This document shows positions 1 through 9,268 of a stretch of DNA of 64,000 nucleotides, in pieces. The number at the start of each line of letters is the position of its first letter. Positions within the stretch are counted from its first letter, which is position 1. The notes beneath the pieces are model-generated. The model did no database searches. It was given only the letters and a program-made list of their open reading frames with translations, and was not told the origin of the DNA. Made by a program: the position numbers and the translations under genes. This DNA is from Oscillospiraceae bacterium (lineage in GTDB: Bacteria; Bacillota; Clostridia; Oscillospirales; CAG-272): NCBI GenBank assembly GCA_015064245.1, contig SVSQ01000001.1, forward strand, positions 11,433-75,432, written 5' to 3'.

Positions 1-1435
1 ATCTCCTTAAAAACTTCTCTTTTTCCTGATCCTTTACGATGTGGAGATGGATAAACCAGTTCATATCCGCAGGGGCTTCAAAGGCGATGATCTCACCCCG
101 AACCGTCTCTAAAACTATCATGGCGTCGTAGATTATATGTTCCCTGTGAGCTATGATCTCGCGGCTGTATATGTCCGCGCTCTTTATCTCACAAAACTCA
201 AACATGACGTTCGACTCGGCGTTCCCCGCGCATACGGTAACACCCGTCTCCGTTCTGGGCTCTTCGCCGATCAAAAACTCCTTATAATCCTGCCCCCATT
301 CCTCGCTTTCGTACCATTTGCTGTCAAGGGTAACGTACTTGCTACCCTCCTGCGTCAGAACGACCAGCTTTCCCTTCGGGAACATTATCACTCCGTTCTG
401 AACGGCGACACACGGCGCGATCAGGAAGAACAATCTGTTTCCGACTATACTTTTCAGTATTTCTCTTCCTTTTTCGCTTATAAACATTTCGGTCCCGGCG
501 TCTGCGTTTTGCTTCGAGATCACTCTGTATATCTTTTTGAGCTCGTCTCTCACCGCAAAATCAGATACGTCTCTCGGGATCGTCTCCGCTTTATCCCCGA
601 GCAAAAGCGCGTAGATCTTCTGCAAGCTCTCTTTGCCGCCGACGTATATCTTGCTTTCACCCGCAAAGCGTTTTATGCTCTCAACGTCCTGAGAAAACAC
701 CGCGCCGTACAGGAAAGACGAGAGTTCATCGCGCCCCAAACCGTCCATTCCCATAACTCTGACGTGAAAGACCGCGGCGTTCAAGCCGTTTTGCTCCGCA
801 AAATCAGCGCCCGCATAGAACTGCTCCTCGACTAAATCGAAATCGTGCGCCACCGAGCCCGCGAGGATCGAATTCTTTATAACGATGTCAGCGATCTCGC
901 CGCTCATAGTGGTTTGGAAGCCGACGATCTCACCCGCAGCGTTCAATCTGATGACCTTATTGTGAGTACCGGGAAGCACCAGCACAGCGCCGTCCCTCAG
1001 ACCGAGGGCGTTGCATATCCCGGCAGTCTCCGTCTCCTCGCCGCGCATGATATCCATCATGCGTCCGTTCTCCATTTGCTTTAACCCGGGAACGAAGATA
1101 AACGGGATAGAGGTTATCTCACCCACGGTCTTTGAAACCACGGACTGAGCCAGCTTCATCTCACCCGCAGGCAGCGATATGTGGGGAATATTGCATATTC
1201 CGCCCTCGCTTCCCGCCATTCCCGAGACCATTATGCACTCAACGCCGCTCTCGGAAATACCTTTTTCATTCAGCACGCCGAAGATCAGCTCCCTGAGCTT
1301 GCCGTAAAGGAAATCCCGTCCTTGAAGCTTACCGCTCCGCGCGCCGAAAGCTCCCTTTACGCAGGCGATCTCCTTATCGTTATCGTACAGCCAGAGCCGC
1401 GTGTTGGTCGTACCCATATCCATTACAAAAAACAT
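1..1435 (-). CDS. DgoK-family 2-dehydro-3-deoxygalactonokinase with an extra ~180-aa C-terminal region of unknown function; the 3' end runs off the window
   Basis: The ORF is absent from the track because it has no stop inside the window. Manual minus-strand translation from the ATG at 1435 (RBS aaaaggagat) stays open to position 1. It reads MFFVMDMGTTNTRLWLYD..IMVSGMAGSEGG..DIMRGEETETAG..VLPGTHNKVI..TTMSGEIADI. These match E. coli DgoK blocks as I remember them (IDWGSTNLRAWLY, MRGEETQ, PGTHCKW, MTGE). Confidence 0.7.
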   Translation of the reverse strand, partial: MFFVMDMGTTNTRLWLYDNDKEIACVKGAFGARSGKLQGRDFLYGKLRELIFGVLNEKGISESGVECIMVSGMAGSEGGICNIPHISLPAGEMKLAQSVVSKTVGEITSIPFIFVPGLKQMENGRMMDIMRGEETETAGICNALGLRDGAVLVLPGTHNKVIRLNAAGEIVGFQTTMSGEIADIVIKNSILAGSVAHDFDLVEEQFYAGADFAEQNGLNAAVFHVRVMGMDGLGRDELSSFLYGAVFSQDVESIKRFAGESKIYVGGKESLQKIYALLLGDKAETIPRDVSDFAVRDELKKIYRVISKQNADAGTEMFISEKGREILKSIVGNRLFFLIAPCVAVQNGVIMFPKGKLVVLTQEGSKYVTLDSKWYESEEWGQDYKEFLIGEEPRTETGVTVCAGNAESNVMFEFCEIKSADIYSREIIAHREHIIYDAMIVLETVRGEIIAFEAPADMNWFIHLHIVKDQEKEKFLRR

Positions 1436-1472
1436 GATCATATCTCCTTTTGAACTCACTTTAAGCCCGCGG

Positions 1473-4040
1473 TCACTTCGAATATCTCACCCTGATACCG
1501 CCGAGAAGTCCCGATGGCGCCAGCTGCAGGAACTGCGAAAAACGGTCTCTGACCTTCTGCGCGAGGGTATTTGAAACAGTTACCACAGCCTCGTTTTCCC
1601 CGTCGTTTATAATGTCCGTGACCTCGAAAAGATACGGCTTGCAGATCCTGATACCCGCGTCACTGCCGTTCAGGGTAAGCTGAGCATTCTGGCCCACCTT
1701 GCCAAGATCAAGGAATATTCTGCCATTTTTCTTTTCCGCGTTGAACTTAAAGGTGTAGCGCATCTTGCCCGAAAAATCCGGCTTGAAATCGGGAGAATTC
1801 ACGTTAAAGAAGCGATCGAACTCACCCGCAACCTCGAATTTGCTCAGATCCTCGCAGTCCGCAAGCTCCAGCTTGTAGCTCGGTTCAAGGGAAACTCCCT
1901 CGTCTATTTCAAATTCGGGGCAAAGTCCTGCCTTGTCTCCGAAGATAACTATCTGGGACTGATTCGGCTGAAGCTCCAGCTTCAGCTCTCCGTTTTGGGT
2001 ACTGCCGCTGACGCAGATGCCGTTAAGCAGATCAAGACGGGCGTAATCTCCCGCGCAGGGAAGCTTGACCACAGTATCCGCGACCTTGGAATAATCCTCG
2101 TTTGCAAACATAAATATCTGCGTTTCCCCACGTCTGCAGTGGTAGATTCGCAGTTTCGGGAAGCCCTCGGGAACGTAAACGTCCGTCATACCAAGCCCGC
2201 GCATCTTACCAACCAGCTCGTCAGCCTTGAGCACCGTACCGCTGAAGTCCGCGTTTTCGGGAACGGCGTCCATAAACCAGACCGCAACTCCCTTTTCCTG
2301 CAAACCGAGCAGACTGTCCAGCAGACCCTTTGGCATATGATCCGCGTAAGGAACGATAAGGCAGTCAAAGCTCTCCTCGTTTATGCAGAGCTTGCCGTCC
2401 TTCGCGCTTGCCCATTCGTCAAGCATATCGGCGGAAACTATATCGTAATCTATATGCGCGTCGTAAAGACGGGTGACTATGCTTTCCATATTTGAAGCGT
2501 TACCGAAACGGCTCGCCCACTCGCCGTCAACGTGGTACAGCACAGCGGCATTGGCCTTGTGGACCGTACCTTCAAGTATATGCGCCACCTTATTGACGTA
2601 ACCCATAAGCGCGGAAAACGCCTCGAAGCTGGGATCCTTGCCCTCTGCGCCGAAGTGAGGCGGACAGTCTCCGTCGGGGAATTTGGAGCTGAAGGCGTGA
2701 GGCACGAAATGGTTGATTCCTCGAACGAGCAGGTGGTCCATAAGGAACTTCATCATGGACGAATCCTCTCCCCAGCCGTAAGCGCCAAAGACCTCGCACA
2801 TCGCTCTTCCCTTCATATCGGGGTTGAGGTGAGCGAGAGACGCGCCGAGCTTCGTCAGGACGTACTCATAGAAGGAAGCGGCGCCAACACCGGTCGAGCA
2901 GGTCACCGTGTGCAGATAATCGCTCATTCCGGGCATTACCTGGTGCAGAACTATATCTATACCGCTCATATCCTGCCATCTCAGCGCGCGGAAATAGTGA
3001 CCGACGCCGCTTCTCATATGGCAGTTCATATCCTCGATTATGTGACCGATGTACTGCACTCCGTGAGCGTGACACCAATCGGCGAGCTGCTTGTTGAAGC
3101 ACTCGCTATACAGCTGAGTGACCGTGTCCATATAGGCGTGACGGATATCGGACTGATCGTCGCCGTTACGGTCATCCTCGTACCAGAGGAGATTGAGGTG
3201 GGGGATAGGATCGTAGCCCAGCTTCTGCTTCATTCTTTCCAGCACGGTCTCGTTCCAGGGGAGCGCAAGGGAATGTTTACCGATACGCGCCTCATAGAAC
3301 CCGAAATCAAATCTTTCCTTACCGAAAACCTGATTTCCAAAGCAGGGCTCGTCGGAGAAGAAGCCGACGAAGGTGTTTCCGAAGTATTTTGCGTAATGAG
3401 CGTAGTGGCTCTCATAAACCGCGTCTATAAGAACTCGGACGGAGTCGGGATTTATCATATCGATATATTCCTTGCGCCCGCCGGTTCTTGACTTATAGTA
3501 GAAGAATATGCGGTAGACCCCTTCAGGAATATCCCAGGTCAGATAACCGCCCTTCACCTTGTCCGTGAGGTTTATGGCTTCGTAGGAGCAGGTCTCAAGG
3601 GCGTCCGCGTTTCTCTTGTAGGCGTACGCGCCGATAAAGATATTCTCAGCGTTTTCGCCCGTATGTATGACGGAAGTGTCATCCGCAGGACCGACAACGT
3701 CTATATGACGCTCGATCAGCTCCCATTGACGAAGCTCGGGGTGCTTTTTTGCGATCATTCCCGCCGCGTGTCCCGTGGGGAACTTATCGTCGTCCAGAAG
3801 CCAGACCTTCATCCCTCGCTTTTCACATTCCGCAAGGATGATGTCCATATCGCGCCACCAGGTCTCGCCCACAAAGTCGGGATGGGGGCGTGATTCAACG
3901 CAAAGCGCGCGGCATCCGCTGTCGTAGATACGCTGAATCTGCTCGGGGATAAGATGAGTATGATCCCCGTGTTGCCAGTAAAAAGGGAAAAGATAGTTGC
4001 TTTCCTTTCCGCAAAGAACGTCATATAATCTGTTATCCAT
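1473..4040 (-). CDS. large putative glycoside hydrolase (N-terminal barrel-like region, C-terminal galactose-binding-like jelly roll)
   Basis: This is an 855-aa ORF with RBS aaaggag upstream of the ATG. The N-terminal YLFPFYWQHGDH..CVESRPHPDF..WLLDDDKFPTG recalls YetA-type glycosidase-like proteins (from memory). The C-terminal LDLGKVGQNAQLTLNG..VTVSNTLA recalls GH2-type sugar-binding jelly rolls. The family assignment is unverified. Confidence 0.5.
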   Translation of the reverse strand: MDNRLYDVLCGKESNYLFPFYWQHGDHTHLIPEQIQRIYDSGCRALCVESRPHPDFVGETWWRDMDIILAECEKRGMKVWLLDDDKFPTGHAAGMIAKKHPELRQWELIERHIDVVGPADDTSVIHTGENAENIFIGAYAYKRNADALETCSYEAINLTDKVKGGYLTWDIPEGVYRIFFYYKSRTGGRKEYIDMINPDSVRVLIDAVYESHYAHYAKYFGNTFVGFFSDEPCFGNQVFGKERFDFGFYEARIGKHSLALPWNETVLERMKQKLGYDPIPHLNLLWYEDDRNGDDQSDIRHAYMDTVTQLYSECFNKQLADWCHAHGVQYIGHIIEDMNCHMRSGVGHYFRALRWQDMSGIDIVLHQVMPGMSDYLHTVTCSTGVGAASFYEYVLTKLGASLAHLNPDMKGRAMCEVFGAYGWGEDSSMMKFLMDHLLVRGINHFVPHAFSSKFPDGDCPPHFGAEGKDPSFEAFSALMGYVNKVAHILEGTVHKANAAVLYHVDGEWASRFGNASNMESIVTRLYDAHIDYDIVSADMLDEWASAKDGKLCINEESFDCLIVPYADHMPKGLLDSLLGLQEKGVAVWFMDAVPENADFSGTVLKADELVGKMRGLGMTDVYVPEGFPKLRIYHCRRGETQIFMFANEDYSKVADTVVKLPCAGDYARLDLLNGICVSGSTQNGELKLELQPNQSQIVIFGDKAGLCPEFEIDEGVSLEPSYKLELADCEDLSKFEVAGEFDRFFNVNSPDFKPDFSGKMRYTFKFNAEKKNGRIFLDLGKVGQNAQLTLNGSDAGIRICKPYLFEVTDIINDGENEAVVTVSNTLAQKVRDRFSQFLQLAPSGLLGGIRVRYSK

Positions 4041-4135
4041 ATCAGGTACTCCTTTTCTGCAAATTCGGGTTTATATAGAAAAGCTCCGTTATAAGAAACC
4101 TTCTCCAGCGGGAGAAGGGGAAAGCTTGTTCATTC

Positions 4136-4260
4136 TTGAACATTAATCTACACCAAATCTCTGCGAAGATTTCGGTCTTTTTTCGGAGCAAAGTGGAGAA
4201 AAAAGCGCTGACCGCGTCAGCGAGAAAGCTTCGAGACGTGACACCCGTAGATGTTCGCAC
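4136..4260 (-). repeat. dispersed intergenic repeat, partial copy C (inverted orientation)
   Basis: The minus strand reads gtgcgaacat ... ccgaaatcttcgcagagatttggtgtagattaatgttcaa. It shares the gtgcgaacat and tttggtgtagatt blocks with copies A and B, and a ~60-nt block with copy D. Confidence 0.65.
4197..4222 (-). terminator. rho-independent terminator after the SGNH hydrolase gene
   Basis: On the minus strand, stem cgctgac / loop gcg / gtcagcg is followed by cttttttc. It lies 52 nt after the stop at 4274. Confidence 0.65.
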
Positions 4261-4273
4261 TAAACTCGCAGTG

Positions 4274-4999
4274 TCACGAATACATCGTATCGGAACTTTC
4301 GCCGCTTTTCTGCTTACCGTCGTCAAATATCGCATCGAAAAGCATCTGAGCGAAAAGCTCGTGCATCTCGGCGCAGGGGTGATTTATACGGTTGATGAGC
4401 AGCATAGTGGTGTCCTGAGTTTCGCTCAGCTTCTTCCACTCCGAGTAGCAGTCGCAGACCTTAACGCCCATATCCTTTGCCAGCTTGACCGCCTCGGACA
4501 TATACATGTCCATTCTGCCGCCGTTCTGGTAGCCCGCAGTAACGCCCGCGTAATCGTAATGCACCTTCGCGGTGTCCTCGGCAACGTAGGTGTTCAGCAT
4601 ATTAGGCGTCATAAAGATGACTTCCGTGCCGTAATCAAGGCACTTTTCAAATATTACCTTGAGGGAAGAAAGGTACTCGTCCAGAGTTCTGTTCACGTCG
4701 TTAAGTCCGAAGCAGACGATGACAAGGTCGGGGCGGTGGGTAAGCACGTCTCTTTCGATCCTGCCAAGCGAGCCGCCGGCGGTAATTCCGCCGATACCCG
4801 CGTTTATAACGTTGACGGGAACGTAATTTCTCACAGCGTTCAGCTTCTTTTTCAGCAGATTCCAGTAAACCGTCTCGTAGTTTATCTCACCGGGACCCAG
4901 CGCTCCGTGTGTAACGCTGTCGCCAAATGCGACTATATTTATAGGTCCTTCATTTATTAGACCTGCCTTGTCCAGATTTATTTTTTCCTTGATACGCAT
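4274..4999 (-). CDS. SGNH/GDSL-family hydrolase (esterase/lipase-like)
   Basis: The track ORF 4274..5053 is trimmed to the ATG at 4999 (RBS taaaggagat). It has IVAFGDSVTHG (block I Ser), AGIGG, and VIVCFGLNDVN blocks. Confidence 0.75.
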   Translation of the reverse strand: MRIKEKINLDKAGLINEGPINIVAFGDSVTHGALGPGEINYETVYWNLLKKKLNAVRNYVPVNVINAGIGGITAGGSLGRIERDVLTHRPDLVIVCFGLNDVNRTLDEYLSSLKVIFEKCLDYGTEVIFMTPNMLNTYVAEDTAKVHYDYAGVTAGYQNGGRMDMYMSEAVKLAKDMGVKVCDCYSEWKKLSETQDTTMLLINRINHPCAEMHELFAQMLFDAIFDDGKQKSGESSDTMYS

Positions 5000-5050
5000 A
5001 TTAAAGATCTCCTTTACGGTAATTCTGCCTTTATTATAGCATAGTGAAAG

Positions 5051-5086
5051 CAAAAAAACAACCCCCGCGGAAAAATTCCGCGAGGG
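5051..5086 (-). terminator. rho-independent terminator after hpt
   Basis: The minus strand reads ccctcgcgg-aattttt-ccgcggggg followed by ttgttttttt, starting ~13 nt after the hpt stop. Confidence 0.65.
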
Positions 5087-5098
5087 TAAATACGCATT

Positions 5099-5653
5099 TT
5101 ATTCTTCGCAGTATTCCGCGATATACGGAAGATTACGAAAATATTCATTATAGTCCAGTCCATAGCCGATAACGAAATGATCGGGAATGGTGAAGAGAGC
5201 CATATCCGCATGGAAATCGACTACTCTTCTCGAGGGCTTGTCCAGCAGCGTTACCACCTTGAGCGAGAGAGGATTTCTCGTTTTAAGAAGCGCAACGATA
5301 TCCTTGAGAGTTCTGCCCGTATCTACTATATCCTCTACTATAACTACATGATAGTTCGTGATATCCTGGTTGAGATCCATGGTTATCTTGACGTTGCCCG
5401 AGGAGACCGTTCCGTCGTAATAGCTCTTTGCGCACATAAAAGCGACCTCGCATGGAACAGAGACTGCGCGGCATATGTCCGCCAGAAATACGAAAGCTCC
5501 CTTGAGTATGCTGACCAGCAGAATAGGTCTGCCGTCATACATAGCGTCTATTTCCTTACCCGCCTTTGCGATAGCCTGCTTTATTTCTTCTTCGGTGACA
5601 AGGACACGCTTTATTCTTTTGGTGTAATCATCGATTGAATTTATCTTTTTCAT
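5099..5653 (-). CDS. hpt: hypoxanthine phosphoribosyltransferase
   Basis: The ORF is trimmed to MKKINSIDDY (ATG at 5653, GGAG upstream). It has the PRPP loop VVIVEDIVDTGRTL, LKGAFVFLADL-like and FVIGYGLDY motifs over full length. Confidence 0.9.
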   Translation of the reverse strand: MKKINSIDDYTKRIKRVLVTEEEIKQAIAKAGKEIDAMYDGRPILLVSILKGAFVFLADICRAVSVPCEVAFMCAKSYYDGTVSSGNVKITMDLNQDITNYHVVIVEDIVDTGRTLKDIVALLKTRNPLSLKVVTLLDKPSRRVVDFHADMALFTIPDHFVIGYGLDYNEYFRNLPYIAEYCEE

Positions 5654-5688
5654 ACGCGCAAACTCCAATCTTAAATGTTATTAAATTG

Positions 5689-5717
5689 ATTATAGCACAT
5701 CTTATCGGAAATTGCAA
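5689..5717 (-). promoter_or_regulatory. sigma-A type promoter for hpt
   Basis: The minus strand reads TTGCAA - 17 nt - TATAAT, about 35 nt upstream of the hpt start. Confidence 0.6.
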
Positions 5718-5736
5718 CATATTTTGACAAAATCAT

Positions 5737-6783
5737 TTATTTTTCCGAGTATTTTTCCAAGGCTCTGCAGAAAGCTCGTCCCGTATTTATCAGTTTCTCT
5801 GCGGAAACCTTGTTTTTACCCTTTCCGAAATAAGTGGTCTCAAGGGTAAAGGACAGATCGCAGCCCTCTACCGTCTTGAAAAATGCCGCGCAGGTCGGGG
5901 AGTTATCCACATTCCATGCGGTATTTGGAGGCATATCGTTCTCTTTTTTGTATATCAGCGTGTTTTCGCCGCATTCGTTTTCGAAAAGCTCTCCGAATCT
6001 TTCAAATTTCGGTATCCTTTCCTCAAATTTTCGAACGATGAAGATCCTGTCGTTGACGCCGCCTATATGGTACGGCGAATGGAAGTCTATGCTCATAAAC
6101 GCCCCCTCTTCCCTCGCGACCTTCATCAGCGCCGCAGTCTCGGAATATACGGGCTCGTCTATATAATCTCGGTTGTGGTCGTGAGGATAGCGGTTCTTTC
6201 CCTGATCTCCGTCGTAAACTCCGTCGCAGTCCATAAATGGAATGATATGCAGCTTCACGCCGTCTATAGGAGAATCAATAAACTCTCTGATAAGTCCTTC
6301 CATAACGTAGGTTCCCGTAGATTCGCAGGCATGGTGGCGGGACGTCAGAAATACGTTTCTGCTTCCGTCTCCAAGGGTAAGATACGGTACTTCTCTGCCC
6401 TTTTTGCTTATACAAAACGCCTTTGGCGTAACCCCCAACTCGTCAAACACCTTAAAAAGCCTCGCGGGAGAATACATAAGGTTGTGAGCGAAATACACCT
6501 TGATTTCGTCCTCGGCGAAGGTGTAGGAGAAGGAGTTCTCTCCCTCGCGGCTCTCGCTCCAATGCCAATTCACGCCGTCGCGGCTCACCGCAGCGCCGTA
6601 GTAGCCCACCCAGTTCTTGTCAAAGGAGAAGGTCAGGCTCTGACCTTCCGCGCCCTCGACGCAGAACGCCCAGTAGAACCAGTCTCCCGTACTGTCTCTC
6701 ATATCGTTCTGCAGGAAGACGGTATTCCCGTCCTGCCCAAGGACCTTAATGTTTCCGCCTTCGAAATCAGAATGTATCTTCAT
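5737..6783 (-). CDS. M14-family zinc carboxypeptidase-like protein (cytosolic, with N-terminal beta-sandwich domain)
   Basis: This is a 348-aa ORF with RBS aggaga. SRHHACESTGTYVMEG fits the HxxE zinc motif, with a later FHSPYH. The N-terminal MKIHSDFEGGNI..WFYWAFCVEG recalls the N-domain of cytosolic carboxypeptidase-like M14 proteins. Confidence 0.6.
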   Translation of the reverse strand: MKIHSDFEGGNIKVLGQDGNTVFLQNDMRDSTGDWFYWAFCVEGAEGQSLTFSFDKNWVGYYGAAVSRDGVNWHWSESREGENSFSYTFAEDEIKVYFAHNLMYSPARLFKVFDELGVTPKAFCISKKGREVPYLTLGDGSRNVFLTSRHHACESTGTYVMEGLIREFIDSPIDGVKLHIIPFMDCDGVYDGDQGKNRYPHDHNRDYIDEPVYSETAALMKVAREEGAFMSIDFHSPYHIGGVNDRIFIVRKFEERIPKFERFGELFENECGENTLIYKKENDMPPNTAWNVDNSPTCAAFFKTVEGCDLSFTLETTYFGKGKNKVSAEKLINTGRAFCRALEKYSEK

Positions 6784-6806
6784 ATTTCTTCGGTCTCCTG
6801 TCTTAA

Positions 6807-7607
6807 TTACGGTCTGAGCCCCATGCCGCCCTCAAGCGTCAGAGTTTCACCGTTCATATACTTGAAATCGGGGTTTGCCAGCTGAACGCAGACGCGTCCG
6901 ATCTCCGTTTCGGGATCGCCGAAATGGCCAGCGGGGGGCATTTTCACGTTAGCCTTGAAGGCGTCGGGATACGCCTTTTCAAAGTTTTCAAGCTGAGCGG
7001 TCCACGCAAGCGGGCAGACTACGTTTGTGTTGATGCCGTCCTTCGCCCACTCCGTAGCGGCGACGCGGGAAAGCCCGCGGATACCTTCCTTTGCGGCAGC
7101 GTAAGAGCACTGACCGTAGTTACCGAAAAGTCCCGCGCCCGACGCGAAGTTGATAACGCTTCCCTTAGTCTCCTTGAGATAAGGATAGCAGGCTTTCATA
7201 TAGTAGAAGGTAGCGTAAAGTCCCGAATACATCGCGAGGTCGAACTGCTCCGTGGTGTGATCCTGTATCGCAACGCCCGAGGCGGAAGCCTGCGCGTTGT
7301 TGATAAGGACGTCTATGCGTCCGAACTCAGCCATAGCCGCGTCCGCGACGCCCTCGGCGATAGCCTCGTTATCCGAGCCTGCGGATATGTCCGCGGCGAG
7401 AGCCAGGACCTTTATGCCGTAGAGCTTTTCGAGCTCTTCCTTAGCTTTTTCAAGCTTTGCTACGTTTCTTCCGGTAATTACCAGATTAGCTCCCTCTTTT
7501 GCGTAAGCGGTAGCGATACCGTAACCGATGGAGCCGCAGCGTCCGTCGGAGAGAACGGCGTAGCCCGCGCCTGTGATTATTGCTGTTTTACCCTTTAAAA
7601 AACTCAT
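6807..7607 (-). CDS. short-chain dehydrogenase/reductase (SDR) family oxidoreductase
   Basis: GKTAIITGAG is a Rossmann start, NNAQ matches the NNAG block, and SYAAAKEG supplies the catalytic YxxxK. Length is 266 aa. Confidence 0.85.
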   Translation of the reverse strand: MSFLKGKTAIITGAGYAVLSDGRCGSIGYGIATAYAKEGANLVITGRNVAKLEKAKEELEKLYGIKVLALAADISAGSDNEAIAEGVADAAMAEFGRIDVLINNAQASASGVAIQDHTTEQFDLAMYSGLYATFYYMKACYPYLKETKGSVINFASGAGLFGNYGQCSYAAAKEGIRGLSRVAATEWAKDGINTNVVCPLAWTAQLENFEKAYPDAFKANVKMPPAGHFGDPETEIGRVCVQLANPDFKYMNGETLTLEGGMGLRP

Positions 7608-7703
7608 TTTTATATACTGCCTTTCGGTATTTATTTATAATTCTGTTACACTACGGATAATTTCAGATTTTCCTTTATAGGTGAGATATATACTTCAAAT
7701 TTG

Positions 7704-7776
7704 GTAGGGGAGGGCCTTGGTCCTCCCGTTATTTATTTTGTGTAACTTTTGCGGGAGGAGCAAGCCCCTCCCCTAC
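7704..7776. repeat. 25-bp near-perfect inverted repeat (GTAGGGGAG-hairpin family) with a 23-nt spacer
   Basis: The left arm is gtaggggagggccttggtcctcccg (7704-7728). The right arm is cgggaggagcaagcccctcccctac (7752-7776). 23 of 25 positions are complementary. Confidence 0.85.
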
Positions 7777-7800
7777 GAAGTTGCTGAAAATTTATTTGCG

Positions 7801-7840
7801 CAAAACACCGCTAAACACCGCTAAACACCGCTAAACACCA
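7801..7840. repeat. tandem decamer repeat, 4 units
   Basis: The sequence reads caaaacaccg ctaaacaccg ctaaacaccg ctaaacacca, in perfect 10-nt phase. Confidence 0.9.
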
Positions 7841-8025
7841 ATTTTCATTCATATAAATCTACATAGCTTTATTTACATATTTCAAGAATAGCACAAAAAA
7901 TACTGTTTGTCAATAAAAAATCCAATAATCATATTGCGTTTTGAAAAAGTATGTGATAGAATAGAAATATATAGATACTGATTTTTAATACTGAAATATA
8001 ATTTTGAAAGGAGTACGGTCCGAAT

Positions 8026-9240
8026 ATGCAAGCTTCTTTTTACTACATCTCCCGGGGAAAGCTCTTTTCCTTTTCCGACGGAAAGACCGAGGAGATCCAC
8101 TCGGGAGTTTTGAACACGTACATTTCAAAGGTGCGTGATTCCGCTCAACGAAACGAATGGAAATATACGGGCACCGGCGCGGAATTCATCGGAACGAAAC
8201 GCGAGGGCGCATCCCCCGAGGACTCGGTAAGCGCTGTCCGCTCGGCGATACACTGCTTCGGAGAACACGCAGGAGACATCATATACTCCATAAGCATAGA
8301 CGAAACAAACGGAATATACCGCAAAAGAACTGACGGAGATTCCGCGGAAGGCATCGTTCTTTGCACAGGAAACGGAGCGTACAGCGACTTCGATATACGC
8401 GGAAACCTTATGGCTGCTTCTGCGGCTTTCGCGGGAGAGAGCCATATAGGCGTTCTTGATATGACCACGCAGAATTTCACCACCTACACCGAAGGCAATT
8501 CGCGGGATACCTCTCCCGCGTGGGCGGCTTTTGATCCAAACAAGATATATTTCTGCTGTATGGGGCTTCCGATAAAGGAAGCCAAGGATCCGAATTACAA
8601 TGCGCCTCCTCGGAGCATAAGCCAGATCGTGAGCGAAATGTATGACGCGTCAACCGTTGTCCGCGGTCCATCTTCCATCTGTCTGCTCGATACGAGCCTC
8701 GGCACACTCGACGAGATACTTTCGGATGACCGTTATGACTTCACCCACCCGCAAAGCCTCGGAGACGGTTCGCTTTATTACATTCGTAAACCGTACCGTC
8801 AGAATTCCGACAAAAGAAGCTCCTTCGGCTGTCTTGCGGAGATCGCGCTGCTTCCGTTCAGACTGCTGGAAGCGCTGTTCGGATTTCTTAATGTTTTCTC
8901 AGCAAAGTATTCGGGAAAGACACTTTCTAAAAACGACGTAAAGCACCGCGATGAAAAACAGATGTATATAGACGGAAACCTGATAAACGCGGAAAAGGAG
9001 CTTCGCGCGAACGCTAAAAAAGGCGATAAAAATCCCGGCATCATACCGCGAAGCTGGGAGCTTCGACGTTTGGACAGCAGCGGAAACGACACCTTGATAA
9101 AACGCGGTGTTTCCGCCTTCAGAGTCAATGAGACGACGGGAGATATACTGCTCTCGAACGGCTCTCATATATTAAAGCTTGATAAAAACGGAAAAGAAGA
9201 AAAAATACTTTCGGCACCAAAGGTGACGTTTATAAAATAA
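8026..9240 (+). CDS. hypothetical protein, 404 aa (possibly beta-propeller-like)
   Basis: RBS gaaaggag lies 13 nt upstream of the ATG. The composition is protein-like and no signal peptide is visible. Repeated motifs of the type IYSISIDETNGIYRK / SLYYIRKP / HILKLDKNGKEE occur. I recognise no family. Confidence 0.6.
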   Translation: MQASFYYISRGKLFSFSDGKTEEIHSGVLNTYISKVRDSAQRNEWKYTGTGAEFIGTKREGASPEDSVSAVRSAIHCFGEHAGDIIYSISIDETNGIYRKRTDGDSAEGIVLCTGNGAYSDFDIRGNLMAASAAFAGESHIGVLDMTTQNFTTYTEGNSRDTSPAWAAFDPNKIYFCCMGLPIKEAKDPNYNAPPRSISQIVSEMYDASTVVRGPSSICLLDTSLGTLDEILSDDRYDFTHPQSLGDGSLYYIRKPYRQNSDKRSSFGCLAEIALLPFRLLEALFGFLNVFSAKYSGKTLSKNDVKHRDEKQMYIDGNLINAEKELRANAKKGDKNPGIIPRSWELRRLDSSGNDTLIKRGVSAFRVNETTGDILLSNGSHILKLDKNGKEEKILSAPKVTFIK

Positions 9241-9268
9241 ATACAAGTAAGAAAGGCAGAACAAAATT

